Of a stretch of 64,000 nt of DNA, positions 1 through 9,721 are shown one piece after another. Origin of the DNA: a virus; the IMG/VR virus record IMGVR_UViG_3300032245_001127, one strand, 5' to 3'. Every line of letters begins with the position of its first letter. The stretch's first letter is position 1. The notes beneath the pieces were generated by a model, which made no database searches, was not told where the DNA came from, and saw nothing but the letters and a program-made list of their open reading frames with translations. Made by a program: the position numbers and the translations under genes.

Positions 1-905
1 CCACGACCCCAAGGAGCAGTGAATTTACTCACAAGTGTCCCACTACTACTGCCATATCTAACTTCAATGTCATAGTCGTGTGGTAGATTGTTGGTGTTGG
101 CTCCTGACAGATATATTCTATTAATTCTGTAGAAGTTGTTCGTGGTGCTGACTGCTGTGGTAGTATCAGTGGGATGTAGGGTAACAGTTTCTAATAAAAT
201 GTCATAGTTACTGTCCAAACCCTCAATGGTTACAGATTTGCCTTGAACTTTTGGATCGTTGGTCAGAGACTTGATGTAGAGTTTAGCACCTGTTCCTGTG
301 AATGTAGCCCAAGGATATAATCCAGTACCACTCCATACTGTGCTCATTGTGGCTGCTGTAGTACCTAAGTTTTCTGTAGCACCACTTTTGTCAACTAAGA
401 AAGCATTCAACACATCTAATTCTGTTACAGGTTTACCACGAGCATAAGATATCAATGCTTCATCGTTGATAACACGAGTTGGTAAACCCACTGTGTCGCT
501 GACAGCCAAGCCGTTTTTGGTAATCTGTATGGAGATAGGATTGGCCAGACTGTTGACCGATGTGGTGGCACTGATGGGTATGGGATTGCCTGAGTCGTTC
601 TTAATTTCTATTTCAGGAAGTGAGGCAATACTAACTGGTTGTGTTGCTTGCCAGAATGTTCCTGTGACCGCAATAGGATCGTCAGTTAAGTGTACTGGTA
701 TGCTTTGTTGTTCAGTATTATTAACTCTAATTTCAGTACCAACATTGACATTACCAGTGATTGTGACATTTGCTGAACCAAGTGTGACTGGAAATGGGTT
801 TGCATTACTTACAGGAATTCCATCTTTTGTGGCAAGTTGACTCACTTCGAAAAGTGTTTTATTGTCACCTGTATATGCTTGTGTATTTTTATTCCACTGT
901 GCCAT
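1..905 (-). CDS. Putative virion structural protein, truncated at window edge (not in ORF track)
   Basis: Manual translation from ATG at 905: MAQWNKNTQAYTGDNKTLFEVSQLATKDGIPVSNANPFPVTLGS..., open to base 1; beta-rich, T/N/V-rich; N-terminus resembles structural proteins of aquatic T4-like phages. Confidence 0.7.
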   Translation of the reverse strand, partial: MAQWNKNTQAYTGDNKTLFEVSQLATKDGIPVSNANPFPVTLGSANVTITGNVNVGTEIRVNNTEQQSIPVHLTDDPIAVTGTFWQATQPVSIASLPEIEIKNDSGNPIPISATTSVNSLANPISIQITKNGLAVSDTVGLPTRVINDEALISYARGKPVTELDVLNAFLVDKSGATENLGTTAATMSTVWSGTGLYPWATFTGTGAKLYIKSLTNDPKVQGKSVTIEGLDSNYDILLETVTLHPTDTTTAVSTTNNFYRINRIYLSGANTNNLPHDYDIEVRYGSSSGTLVSKFTAPWGR

Positions 906-909
906 TTAA

Positions 910-1257
910 TTATCCTTGTACTTTTGAACCAGCACGCCATTGATGACATGACCAATATCTTGCTGTAGTTCGATCGTTTGCAGTATCACAATTATGTCTT
1001 GCTCTAAAAGATTTTCTTCGAGCAGGATCATCTCGTTTAATTTCCATTTTAGGATCGCCAAATCTTACTATAATTACATTACCTTTATTATTCTTCACAT
1101 AAACAGCAAATTTCTTTGGTCCAGATGGTGTTCGAAATGGTTTATTTAATGTTACTTTTCGTCCTTGATATTCTGATTCTTCTTCTATCAAATCTTTATA
1201 CGAACGAGTTTCACAAACTAAATCAATAACGTTTTCTTTAAATTCTTTATATTTCAT
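910..1257 (-). CDS. Conserved small basic T4-like phage protein (DUF6321-like)
   Basis: Motif EYQGRKVTLNKPFR..KKFAVYVKN..VRFGDP..RRKSFRARHNCD..YWSC; leader MKYKEFKE. Confidence 0.6.
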   Translation of the reverse strand: MKYKEFKENVIDLVCETRSYKDLIEEESEYQGRKVTLNKPFRTPSGPKKFAVYVKNNKGNVIIVRFGDPKMEIKRDDPARRKSFRARHNCDTANDRTTARYWSCHQWRAGSKVQG

Positions 1258-1260
1258 ATT

Positions 1261-2841
1261 TTATTTCGCCAATCTAGTTTTTTCTATTTTACGAACAGTT
1301 GGAACTAATTTCATTGCAAACCTATTAATAAAATTTTTAGGTAGAGATGCAAGTTTTCTTTCTGCTCTTTCTTTTTCACCTACTGACATTTGTGCTGGTG
1401 ATTTCTTAAAAAACATTCTTTTAATTTTATTAATTGCTAATCTTTTTGCACGTTTATTAATAGTGGTCATTGGTGATACTCGTTTTAAAGCTAAACGAAC
1501 TCTATTTTGTCTTTTTGCTTTTGTACGAGCAAATCTAATTCTTGATTTAATACGTTCAGCACGAGAAAGAACTTCACTTAATGAAACATTTTCATCAAGG
1601 TTTTCTCCTTCATCATCAATCACTTCTAATTCGTCATCGTCATATATATCTAAATAATCATCATCTTCAAGTGGATCTTCTGAATCATATTTTTTTATAA
1701 TAGCATCCATTTCAAAATCATCTAAACCAAAATCGAATTTAGTTGACATATCATTGGGATCAAAAGATTCTTTAGTTAATGAAGATAATTCGTCGTCAGT
1801 TATTGAGCCATCTTTCATTACAGCTTTTAATTTTTTGTAAAAAGTTAAATAGTGATATTTTTCTAACATTTTGTAGATAACATTTTTAGGTAATGCATTC
1901 TTTTTACCAAACTCACGTATTTCATCTGGAGTTAAATCTGCATCAAATACTTCTTTACGATCTTTAAGTGTTTGGTCGCCAGAATCTATTAATGACTTTA
2001 TACCATCTTCTATTTCTTTTAATTTGTTCGATAATATTTTCTCTAATCCTTCTACGTCTTCTTTATCCATACGTTTTAGATCTTCATAATCAATTAAATC
2101 TCTTTTTAATTCTCCTGTAACTACATCTAATTGTTTTACTTTATCATCAAAATCTTTTGTATATTTTTCAGGATTAAACGTAAATGGTTCTGGCTTTTTA
2201 ATAAATTCGTTTTTTACAATATCAAAAATACCATCACTTAAATTATCATTTCTTTCTTTTAATTTTGGATCTGTCAATACGAAGTAATTAATAGGATGAT
2301 TAGTTCCTGGAACTGTTTTACCATTTATATCTTTTAATGATTTAGCAATTTCTAATCTTTTTTCATCTCTTTGACTTTCTGGAACATCAAAAAGAACATT
2401 AACATCTAAATCAGCATCATCTCTATATTGTTTAGTAAGTATTGAACCAATTAAACTAAATTTTATAACTGGTGCTTTCTTTTTAAATTCTTCTATTTGT
2501 TTTAATATAATCTGTCTTATACTTTCTTTTAATTTCGGCTCTTCAGTATCAGCATTATCAAAAATAGCTTTTGCGTAGGTTTTGTGTGGTACATCGATAA
2601 CAGATTCTTTTGCAGAATATTTACGAATCGCTTCTGCTTTTGTTATTTTGTATTTACGTTTAAAATCTTCAGCTGATAGATCTTGTAAATCAATCGCCAT
2701 ATTTTTAAACATTCCTTCGTTTATTTTACCACTTTGAATATCTAATAATCTTTTAAAATCTTTATATGTTAATATGGAGCGAGCAATATTATCATTGCGC
2801 GATATATTGACTTCGGTATTTGATTTTTTTTGCTCGCTCAT
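1261..2841 (-). CDS. Pol-beta superfamily nucleotidyltransferase with acidic linker and basic C-terminal domain
   Basis: hGS-x9-DhD motif LIGSILTKQYRDDADLDVNV. Confidence 0.65.
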   Translation of the reverse strand: MSEQKKSNTEVNISRNDNIARSILTYKDFKRLLDIQSGKINEGMFKNMAIDLQDLSAEDFKRKYKITKAEAIRKYSAKESVIDVPHKTYAKAIFDNADTEEPKLKESIRQIILKQIEEFKKKAPVIKFSLIGSILTKQYRDDADLDVNVLFDVPESQRDEKRLEIAKSLKDINGKTVPGTNHPINYFVLTDPKLKERNDNLSDGIFDIVKNEFIKKPEPFTFNPEKYTKDFDDKVKQLDVVTGELKRDLIDYEDLKRMDKEDVEGLEKILSNKLKEIEDGIKSLIDSGDQTLKDRKEVFDADLTPDEIREFGKKNALPKNVIYKMLEKYHYLTFYKKLKAVMKDGSITDDELSSLTKESFDPNDMSTKFDFGLDDFEMDAIIKKYDSEDPLEDDDYLDIYDDDELEVIDDEGENLDENVSLSEVLSRAERIKSRIRFARTKAKRQNRVRLALKRVSPMTTINKRAKRLAINKIKRMFFKKSPAQMSVGEKERAERKLASLPKNFINRFAMKLVPTVRKIEKTRLAK

Positions 2842-2845
2842 ATTT

Positions 2846-3082
2846 TTATCTTGCTAATGGGTTTGAATTTAATTGTCTTAATTCTTTAATTTGTACTTTA
2901 AGTAAATCTACTTCTTTTTGTAGAATAGCAAAATCTTTTTTCATTTCACCTGCTTTTGCTGGATCAATGCTATCAATTTTACTCATGATTTCACCATACT
3001 TGATAAAACCACCACCGATTGTACCAATAATTGCTACTGTAGCGATTATTTCTTTTAGATTATTTTTTATTTTATCTATCAT
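2846..3082 (-). CDS. Small membrane protein (TM helix + coiled coil)
   Basis: IIATVAIIGTIGGGFI hydrophobic segment; heptad-like C-terminus. Confidence 0.7.
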   Translation of the reverse strand: MIDKIKNNLKEIIATVAIIGTIGGGFIKYGEIMSKIDSIDPAKAGEMKKDFAILQKEVDLLKVQIKELRQLNSNPLAR

Positions 3083-3085
3083 TGT

Positions 3086-4885
3086 TTATTTCCTCTTTAG
3101 TTCTTCAAGTTGAATAATTATATCATTCATCTCATCTTGAATTTGTTGCATTGCTGCTTGTTGTTTTCCAATTGGATCATTATTTGTATATGCTGATAAT
3201 GTTACATTTGCATAAACTGGTTTTTGTGCTATATCAGCTTGCAAATAAAAATCTGGATTTGGTACTCCATTATAATATTTAGGTTCGTAAAAAGCACGAT
3301 TCTCATATGCTGCTAAGTTTGGAGCACCTGCTTTTATTCCATCAAGTTTAATTTCTTGTATCGCTTTAGTCTTATCACCTATGTTTTTTAATTCTCTTTC
3401 AACTTTTTCAACTGCAGTTTTTACCTTAACGTCAATGCTAGACCCCTTTGTATCAGTTGTATTCTCTTTAGTTGATACAGTCTTTTCATTAGCCGTCTGC
3501 GTCGTCGATCCTTCTGTTTTCTTATTTTCATTTGAAGAAGACTCAGTTTTAGTATTCGATTTTTCTTCTGATTTTGATTCGCTCTTCGAATCTGTTGTCT
3601 TACTAGATGACGAAGTTTCTTGCGTTGTTGAAGTTGTAGTAGCATTTGACTCCTTCGATGTTGTTGAAGTTTTCGGTCCCTCGTCCTTCGTCATAGTTGA
3701 AGTTTTTGGTCCCTCGTTTGTCGTTGCTGTAGATGTACTTGCTTCAGTTTTCGGTGAATCGTTTGATGATGAAGTTTTTGGTCCTTCATTAAATGTCATA
3801 GGTGTTGCCATTGCCATTTCTTGTGTTTTAACTGAACTTTCTTTTGGTGCCATTGATGATAATGGTGAAAATGTGCCTGTAATTGATGTACTTAATTCTG
3901 CTGGTGCTGGTGCTGTTGAAGTTGTAAATGTTGTTATTGGTGTTGGATTAATTTGTTCTTCATTAATAATTGGAGATGTTGAACCAGAACTTAATAATGG
4001 AGAAGTAAATTTTGGTACTTCAATAATTGGTGGTGTATAACAAGTTCCTAATGATTCGCAAGAAATAACTATTGAAGTGTTTGTGATAGCAGTAGTTGTT
4101 GTTTCTGTATATCCTGTATATGTAATACTTAATTTAGGTTGAGAAATATCAACACCTACCCAAGTTCCAATATATTGCGGTGTCCATAAATCAAATCTTA
4201 TCTTAGATGTATATCCTGACGCACTATTTGCTCCAACACTAATATTATCTAAACTTTTTATTCCTGGATTACCATTATTAATACTTCTATTTCCTGATAT
4301 TACTCTATTTTGTGTAATTGTTCCACCAGTATCATTATTAATTACTGAATGGGACATATTGACATTAGTTTCCCAATTCCAGAAATGATGAGTATATGCT
4401 GATGCTGATTGAGTAAATCCTAAATTTTGTTCTATTTTAGATATTCCTTTATCTGTAAGTATAAAACTATTTTCAACATAAGTTGACTGACCCTTACCTG
4501 TTAAATAATTACAACCTAAATCGCTAGTCTGTCCTGATGGACTATTTGTAATTTGTGTACCAGTCCATCCACCTGTACAAAAATTGCCAGTTAATAAGTT
4601 TCCTGAATTTTTGTTTAATTCTGCAATTGTCGTTGTAGTATTTACAGAGTTAGTGCTATTAATTGTTTGATCACCATAATTTGGAACATTTGGTACTGTA
4701 GTTGATGTAATTGGTGTTGTGGTCGTTGTCACAGTTGTGGTTGTATTACCATTTACTGTTACAGTAGTTGTTGTTTGAGCTTTTGAGTATCTAGTCCCAA
4801 TAAAAAAACATGATACTAGCATCATTAAGAATACTAATATTCTTAATTGTTTCGGTAAATTATCAAACCAACATCTTTTATTCAT
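3086..4885 (-). CDS. Large secreted or membrane-anchored Thr/Ser-rich protein
   Basis: N-terminal signal/TM ending YSKA-Q; low-complexity linker with repeated EGPKTS; coiled-coil C-terminus. Confidence 0.7.
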   Translation of the reverse strand: MNKRCWFDNLPKQLRILVFLMMLVSCFFIGTRYSKAQTTTTVTVNGNTTTTVTTTTTPITSTTVPNVPNYGDQTINSTNSVNTTTTIAELNKNSGNLLTGNFCTGGWTGTQITNSPSGQTSDLGCNYLTGKGQSTYVENSFILTDKGISKIEQNLGFTQSASAYTHHFWNWETNVNMSHSVINNDTGGTITQNRVISGNRSINNGNPGIKSLDNISVGANSASGYTSKIRFDLWTPQYIGTWVGVDISQPKLSITYTGYTETTTTAITNTSIVISCESLGTCYTPPIIEVPKFTSPLLSSGSTSPIINEEQINPTPITTFTTSTAPAPAELSTSITGTFSPLSSMAPKESSVKTQEMAMATPMTFNEGPKTSSSNDSPKTEASTSTATTNEGPKTSTMTKDEGPKTSTTSKESNATTTSTTQETSSSSKTTDSKSESKSEEKSNTKTESSSNENKKTEGSTTQTANEKTVSTKENTTDTKGSSIDVKVKTAVEKVERELKNIGDKTKAIQEIKLDGIKAGAPNLAAYENRAFYEPKYYNGVPNPDFYLQADIAQKPVYANVTLSAYTNNDPIGKQQAAMQQIQDEMNDIIIQLEELKRK

Positions 4886-4886
4886 A

Positions 4887-5129
4887 TTATTTTTCTAATA
4901 TTTTTTTTATTTCTTCGTACCAATATGCACCACTTTCTCTTAAACTGTCGTTGGAACTTCTTAATTTTTCCATGCGTCGTTTAAAATAAAGCAATTGCCC
5001 ACGTTTAAGCAAGTCAAGATTTTCCACATATTCCATAATATGGTCTATATCTGGGCAAGTGAACTCTGGTATTCTTGGTGCTTTCTTTTTCAGTCTTGAT
5101 AAGATTGGAAGTTTACGTTTTTTATTCAT
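4887..5129 (-). CDS. Hypothetical protein
   Basis: 80-aa ORF packed 1 nt from the next gene. Confidence 0.6.
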   Translation of the reverse strand: MNKKRKLPILSRLKKKAPRIPEFTCPDIDHIMEYVENLDLLKRGQLLYFKRRMEKLRSSNDSLRESGAYWYEEIKKILEK

Positions 5130-5276
5130 AAACTTTAATCTTCTTTAACTATTATATAACCACTCCAAATAATAATAATAATAAGAATAAGTATCGCCAT
5201 GAAGATTCTCCTTCGGTTGTGATTGAATTTTCATTCTTATCACTCATACTTACATTATTATCAGCAATGTTAGTAA

Positions 5277-5909
5277 CTACTTTTTTTCAGTAGTTCCTCC
5301 ATTTAACTTTTTAAGTTCTTCTTCTTTACGTGCATTCTCAATTACAGTAAGTTTATCAACATACTGATTATAGTCTGGTCTTAATTTATCATATTTTAAC
5401 CATTGAGCACTTGCTTCTGCACCAATTTTTCCTTCAAATGGACATGGAGTTCCAGATTGTTCCATTGCAAAAAATACTCTAGGATCTTGACATAGTATAG
5501 AAACTGCTGCAACTTTCATTCCTAGATCATTTAACACTTTAGATAATTTGATACGTTCGCAATTTTCATCTGCTTTATAACTTCCACCTGTCACACCTAC
5601 ACCAAATGTAGACACACCAGCAGAATAACCAACCAAACACAAATCTTGTGAATAAGCTGACATACTAGGAGCAGTTGCAGATGCAGTTACTCTTGTATCA
5701 CCACTATATGCATTCGTTGTTGTCGAATTAGTAGTTGTAGTATTTGAGCTCGATCCAGATTGATATGTGGATGTACTATTTGAAGTGTACCCACCAGTAA
5801 TGGCAGTATTACTTCCAGATGTATTATTTTGTGTTTGGGCATTTGCTACCAAACTCATACTCACTAAACCAATAACAAAACATAATAAAAGGTATATTGA
5901 CCTTTTCAT
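5277..5909 (-). CDS. Secreted Cys-containing phage protein
   Basis: Signal peptide ending ANA-Q; APSMSAYSQDLC..CERIKLSK..LCQDPRV..GTPCP; SD GAGG. Confidence 0.75.
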   Translation of the reverse strand: MKRSIYLLLCFVIGLVSMSLVANAQTQNNTSGSNTAITGGYTSNSTSTYQSGSSSNTTTTNSTTTNAYSGDTRVTASATAPSMSAYSQDLCLVGYSAGVSTFGVGVTGGSYKADENCERIKLSKVLNDLGMKVAAVSILCQDPRVFFAMEQSGTPCPFEGKIGAEASAQWLKYDKLRPDYNQYVDKLTVIENARKEEELKKLNGGTTEKK

Positions 5910-5927
5910 GTTTTCCTCTTCTTTTTT

Positions 5928-6227
5928 TTATAATGCTCTAATTATTTCTTCCCCATTAGAGTAATAATTCTTTATATCATTTTTTAAATTTACTTCAATT
6001 TTTGATCGAAGATCAATCACATCATTACCAAAATAACTATAATATTCATCGTGTAATTTTTCTAATGAATCATATAACTTAGCAAGCCTTTTATTTCCCA
6101 TTAATGTAGCAATATATGCTCTTGCTTTAAAGTGATCGTTATAATGAGTGTACTTTTTTATTTGTTCAATAAATGGTTTTGGTAGTTCTTGCTTTTGTTC
6201 TGATAAAAAATCTTTAAGAGTTTTCAT
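5928..6227 (-). CDS. Putative internal head protein
   Basis: Leader MKTLKDFLSE resembles the T4 IPIII capsid-targeting sequence MKTYQEFIAE. Confidence 0.55.
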   Translation of the reverse strand: MKTLKDFLSEQKQELPKPFIEQIKKYTHYNDHFKARAYIATLMGNKRLAKLYDSLEKLHDEYYSYFGNDVIDLRSKIEVNLKNDIKNYYSNGEEIIRAL

Positions 6228-6229
6228 GT

Positions 6230-8407
6230 TTATTCCTTTGGTTTCTTACTAGCTTTTTTCATTGCAATCGCAATTGCAGCTTGTTGAGCAGGGCTACTTG
6301 CTTCAGGTACACAATTTGGAACTTCTTTTCCATCTTTGTTTTTCATACCTACTTGTTTATAACCAGTCCAACAAGGATCAGAATCTTTTTCCTCTGCTTG
6401 TATAAATCCTTTTTTACGATAATCAGCCCACTTACTTACAGGAATTCTTACTACTCTCTCTTGTCCTGGTTTCCTTAAATTATTTGGTCTTGCAACTAAT
6501 ATAGTTTTGTTACCAGTTTCTTTTAATCTTCTTAATAGATTAATTGATGCTTCTTTTTTAGTTCTTAACTTTTCTAGATCATCTTTTTCAATTTTACCAT
6601 CTTTATCGACATCTAATACTTTTTGTTTAGATGTTAATTGCCCAGATTCATACATTTGTCTAAATCTTTGAGTATGTAATGTTTTTGGAACAAATGGAGT
6701 GTTCGTTGGTTTTTTAGGTTCTTTTTGTTTTTCTAATTCTGCAGGTGCAGGAGTTTGTATTTCTGGTTTTTCAAATTCTTTAACATATTGTGGTAACGAC
6801 TCAGGCTCATTAGATTGTTGTGCGATTGGAGACATCACATCTATATTTTCAATGTCTAATGTTTTAGGATATCCTTTTTCTCCTGGACGTAATCTGCGCA
6901 TTCCAGCTTTTCTTCTTGCTTGAATATTTGCCCACAAACCTTTACTCTTTTCTTCTAAAGATGTAGCTTCTTCTAAATCATCAACAGGTTCGGATTTTGT
7001 TATTAATGTTGGCACTAATTTTTCATCATAAGCTATATTTGCCATTTTAGCAGTTTTTAACATTTTGTTTACGATTGCAGCAAATTCAGGTGTAACTCTT
7101 TTTGTACGAATTTTACGAAGTCCTAAATTTATTAATTGTTCAGGATTGCTCATTTTTTCTGGTTCATCAACACCGAGAGCACCTGCTATAATTCTTCCCA
7201 CTTTTATTTTATCAGCAGAAGTAAATATTATTTGTTCATGCACGTCTTCTTTTCCTGGATCTGCATTTTTATTTAATAATTCTTGCATAGTTTTTTCGTG
7301 ATTTTTAATATAGTGATCATGATTATCTAAACTATCTATTCCTTTAATTACATCTCTTACTTTCATAACAATAACTGTAAATTTATTTACTTCTGATTGA
7401 AGAGCATAACCACGTTCAACTGCAGTCTTTTCTATTCCTAAGTATTCATCAGTTAATTTGATTGCATTTAATATCGCAACTGGATCTTTAAGACTTTCTC
7501 CAGCAATAACATGTTTAAATGCTTGTGTAGCCATTGGACATTGGTCAAAATTTTTAGTTACATAACCTTTAAATTCTATTTGATCTTTGCTCACTTCTTC
7601 TTTATTAAAATTATTCTCAGTAATTACTTCAACAACTGAATTTAACCATTTTTTACTTAAAGCACCATTTTTATCTACAACTGTGATATAGTTTGCACCT
7701 CTATCCATAACTTCATACACTCCTTTATCATCTTTAACAAATGAACCAATATTAAAGATTTCTTTGTTTAAATATTTTTCTCTTATTTCGTTATCACCTA
7801 ATTTAATTCCAATAAATGACTCATTACGCAATCCTAATCCTGTACGAACAGCATTATACATTCTTTTCGTATCAGTTGATGTTAATTTTTGCGTAACACC
7901 TTTTTCGAATGCTATAAAATCTCCACGCATTGCAGCATCTCTCATTTTACTTGCTGACATTCCATCAGCTTCATCACTATCAGGATCTCTTTTACCAGAA
8001 GAAACTACTGAAATTTTATCAAACTTGTAATCTTTACCATTATATTTATTTAATAATAAATTAAATTCTTTTATTCGATCGCTACCTACAACAAGAGTAA
8101 TTTCTTTAAATCCTTCTCTTTGTATTTCTTTAAGTAAATCTATAATGTTTGAATCTGCAAGATAAATCGAACTCGTATGAAAAGATCTTTCCATAAACTT
8201 AATTTTATCTTTTGGAGATAATGGATTTTTCTTTTTATCTTGAGTTGATGTTGCGTATATTCGATGGGGACTATTCTGTTTTGTAGCTACAGAATCAACA
8301 GCATGAATAAGTATTTCATGTCCGTTTGTTGGTGGGTTGAATCGACCAAATGTAAAGACTAATTTTTTAGTTGGTAATTCAGATATGAGTTGTCTTAACG
8401 TTTTCAT
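6230..8407 (-). CDS. Cytidylyltransferase-like (HIGH superfamily) protein with long modular C-terminus
   Basis: FTFGRFNPPTNGHE, VVGSDR and GMSASKMR motifs of the T4-like phage cytidyltransferase family. Confidence 0.8.
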   Translation of the reverse strand: MKTLRQLISELPTKKLVFTFGRFNPPTNGHEILIHAVDSVATKQNSPHRIYATSTQDKKKNPLSPKDKIKFMERSFHTSSIYLADSNIIDLLKEIQREGFKEITLVVGSDRIKEFNLLLNKYNGKDYKFDKISVVSSGKRDPDSDEADGMSASKMRDAAMRGDFIAFEKGVTQKLTSTDTKRMYNAVRTGLGLRNESFIGIKLGDNEIREKYLNKEIFNIGSFVKDDKGVYEVMDRGANYITVVDKNGALSKKWLNSVVEVITENNFNKEEVSKDQIEFKGYVTKNFDQCPMATQAFKHVIAGESLKDPVAILNAIKLTDEYLGIEKTAVERGYALQSEVNKFTVIVMKVRDVIKGIDSLDNHDHYIKNHEKTMQELLNKNADPGKEDVHEQIIFTSADKIKVGRIIAGALGVDEPEKMSNPEQLINLGLRKIRTKRVTPEFAAIVNKMLKTAKMANIAYDEKLVPTLITKSEPVDDLEEATSLEEKSKGLWANIQARRKAGMRRLRPGEKGYPKTLDIENIDVMSPIAQQSNEPESLPQYVKEFEKPEIQTPAPAELEKQKEPKKPTNTPFVPKTLHTQRFRQMYESGQLTSKQKVLDVDKDGKIEKDDLEKLRTKKEASINLLRRLKETGNKTILVARPNNLRKPGQERVVRIPVSKWADYRKKGFIQAEEKDSDPCWTGYKQVGMKNKDGKEVPNCVPEASSPAQQAAIAIAMKKASKKPKE

Positions 8408-8482
8408 TTTCCAATAGTTCCATCGTTATATATTATTCATAGCTATTATAGCTATTTTTTTCATACCTCTATTTAGGCATTT

Positions 8483-9721
8483 TTATCTTTGCCAACCCTT
8501 TAAAATACCAGCTGAAAAATTAGCTTTAGAGAACTCCATACGATCGACTATTTTAACTGCATTTCCTCCAAGACGATCGATAGCTACAAAACCCTCGACT
8601 CCTGTTGGTTTAAATCCTTTATCAGTCTTTAAAAATGTTCCTATTTCAGATGCTTCATTCATTTTATCGATAATCATTTTTTTAGCATCTGATATTGCAT
8701 TGGTAAGATCAAATACAGAGATTATATCTTTTTGATTGTGGGCTGTAAAGTAAGAAAGAACTTTTTTACGTTTTTCGATCCAAGTTGCTTTGGCTTTTTC
8801 TGTCTTTTTAGAATCTATATCTTTTTGAAATCGATCAGAAATAAAATGGAATAATCCTGATACATGAGCTGTAACATTAGTAATTTTCTCGCCCTCTTTA
8901 ATTCGAGAATTATTATATATTTTAATTAGTTCTAATAATTCCGTATCTTTACGAATATCTTCAACTACAGATGGTTTAATGTCTATAAACAGGGTTTCAA
9001 TACGTTTCATTAATCCTTCTAATTCTGATAATTCTTTTCGAGTAAATGTAGCTGAACCAGTTACGTCCTTATATGTAGCATCATCAACCCAAATAGATGG
9101 GATAGGTTTAAATTTGTTTATAATACTTTTACCAAATTCTGCTCTTAAATTTTCTAATGATGTTCCTGTATATGATGTATGAAATACTACACCAATATTT
9201 GCTTTACTAATTTTACTTGCTAATAATGATTTTGCAGGGATTGCATAAACGATAGTATTAGGATGGAATGTGATATAAGATTCGCCATCGATGCGTTCGG
9301 TTTTTAATGTTTTAGATGTGAACATTATATCACCTTGATATACTCCAGCTTTAATTCCTAATTTAGAAAATTCAGTAAAAGCAGTTTGTAACTTATCAGA
9401 TAAATCTGAATCTTTTTCATCTGCAAGTATTTCTTTTAAACTTTTATAAACTTTTGGAGTCGCATTAAAAATACTTTTAGTTGCAACAAAAAATCGTTTA
9501 TCTTTTGGATCTATACCAATAAAAATAGCTGGCGATCCATCCCACTTAACAGTAGCTTTAATTTTAGAATCGCTTTTACCTTTTAACATATCACGAAGAT
9601 CATAAAGAAAATCAATCGCACGACGAGTTCCTTTAATTCCTTCGTTGAATACTAAATCTTCTAAATGCTCCATATGAGCGTTCACGGATTCTACCAAATA
9701 ATCTTCAAACGAATTTATCAT
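8483..9721 (-). CDS. DUF6267-like protein, ATP-dependent ligase-fold nucleotidyltransferase
   Basis: HMEHLED, TVKWDGSPA (KxDG motif I), QGDIMF, EGFV, KIVDR; conserved neighbour of the cytidyltransferase in T4-like phages. Confidence 0.7.
   Translation of the reverse strand: MINSFEDYLVESVNAHMEHLEDLVFNEGIKGTRRAIDFLYDLRDMLKGKSDSKIKATVKWDGSPAIFIGIDPKDKRFFVATKSIFNATPKVYKSLKEILADEKDSDLSDKLQTAFTEFSKLGIKAGVYQGDIMFTSKTLKTERIDGESYITFHPNTIVYAIPAKSLLASKISKANIGVVFHTSYTGTSLENLRAEFGKSIINKFKPIPSIWVDDATYKDVTGSATFTRKELSELEGLMKRIETLFIDIKPSVVEDIRKDTELLELIKIYNNSRIKEGEKITNVTAHVSGLFHFISDRFQKDIDSKKTEKAKATWIEKRKKVLSYFTAHNQKDIISVFDLTNAISDAKKMIIDKMNEASEIGTFLKTDKGFKPTGVEGFVAIDRLGGNAVKIVDRMEFSKANFSAGILKGWQR

Noticed and set aside
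466-840. Plus-strand 124-aa ORF
   Set aside because: Antisense shadow of the minus-strand gene running from 905 off the window edge
3381-4040. Plus-strand 219-aa ORF
   Set aside because: Shadow of low-complexity S/T/E/K codons of the 599-aa gene
8408-8469. 12-codon uORF and GGA motifs upstream of the cytidyltransferase
   Set aside because: Too short to distinguish from chance without conservation data
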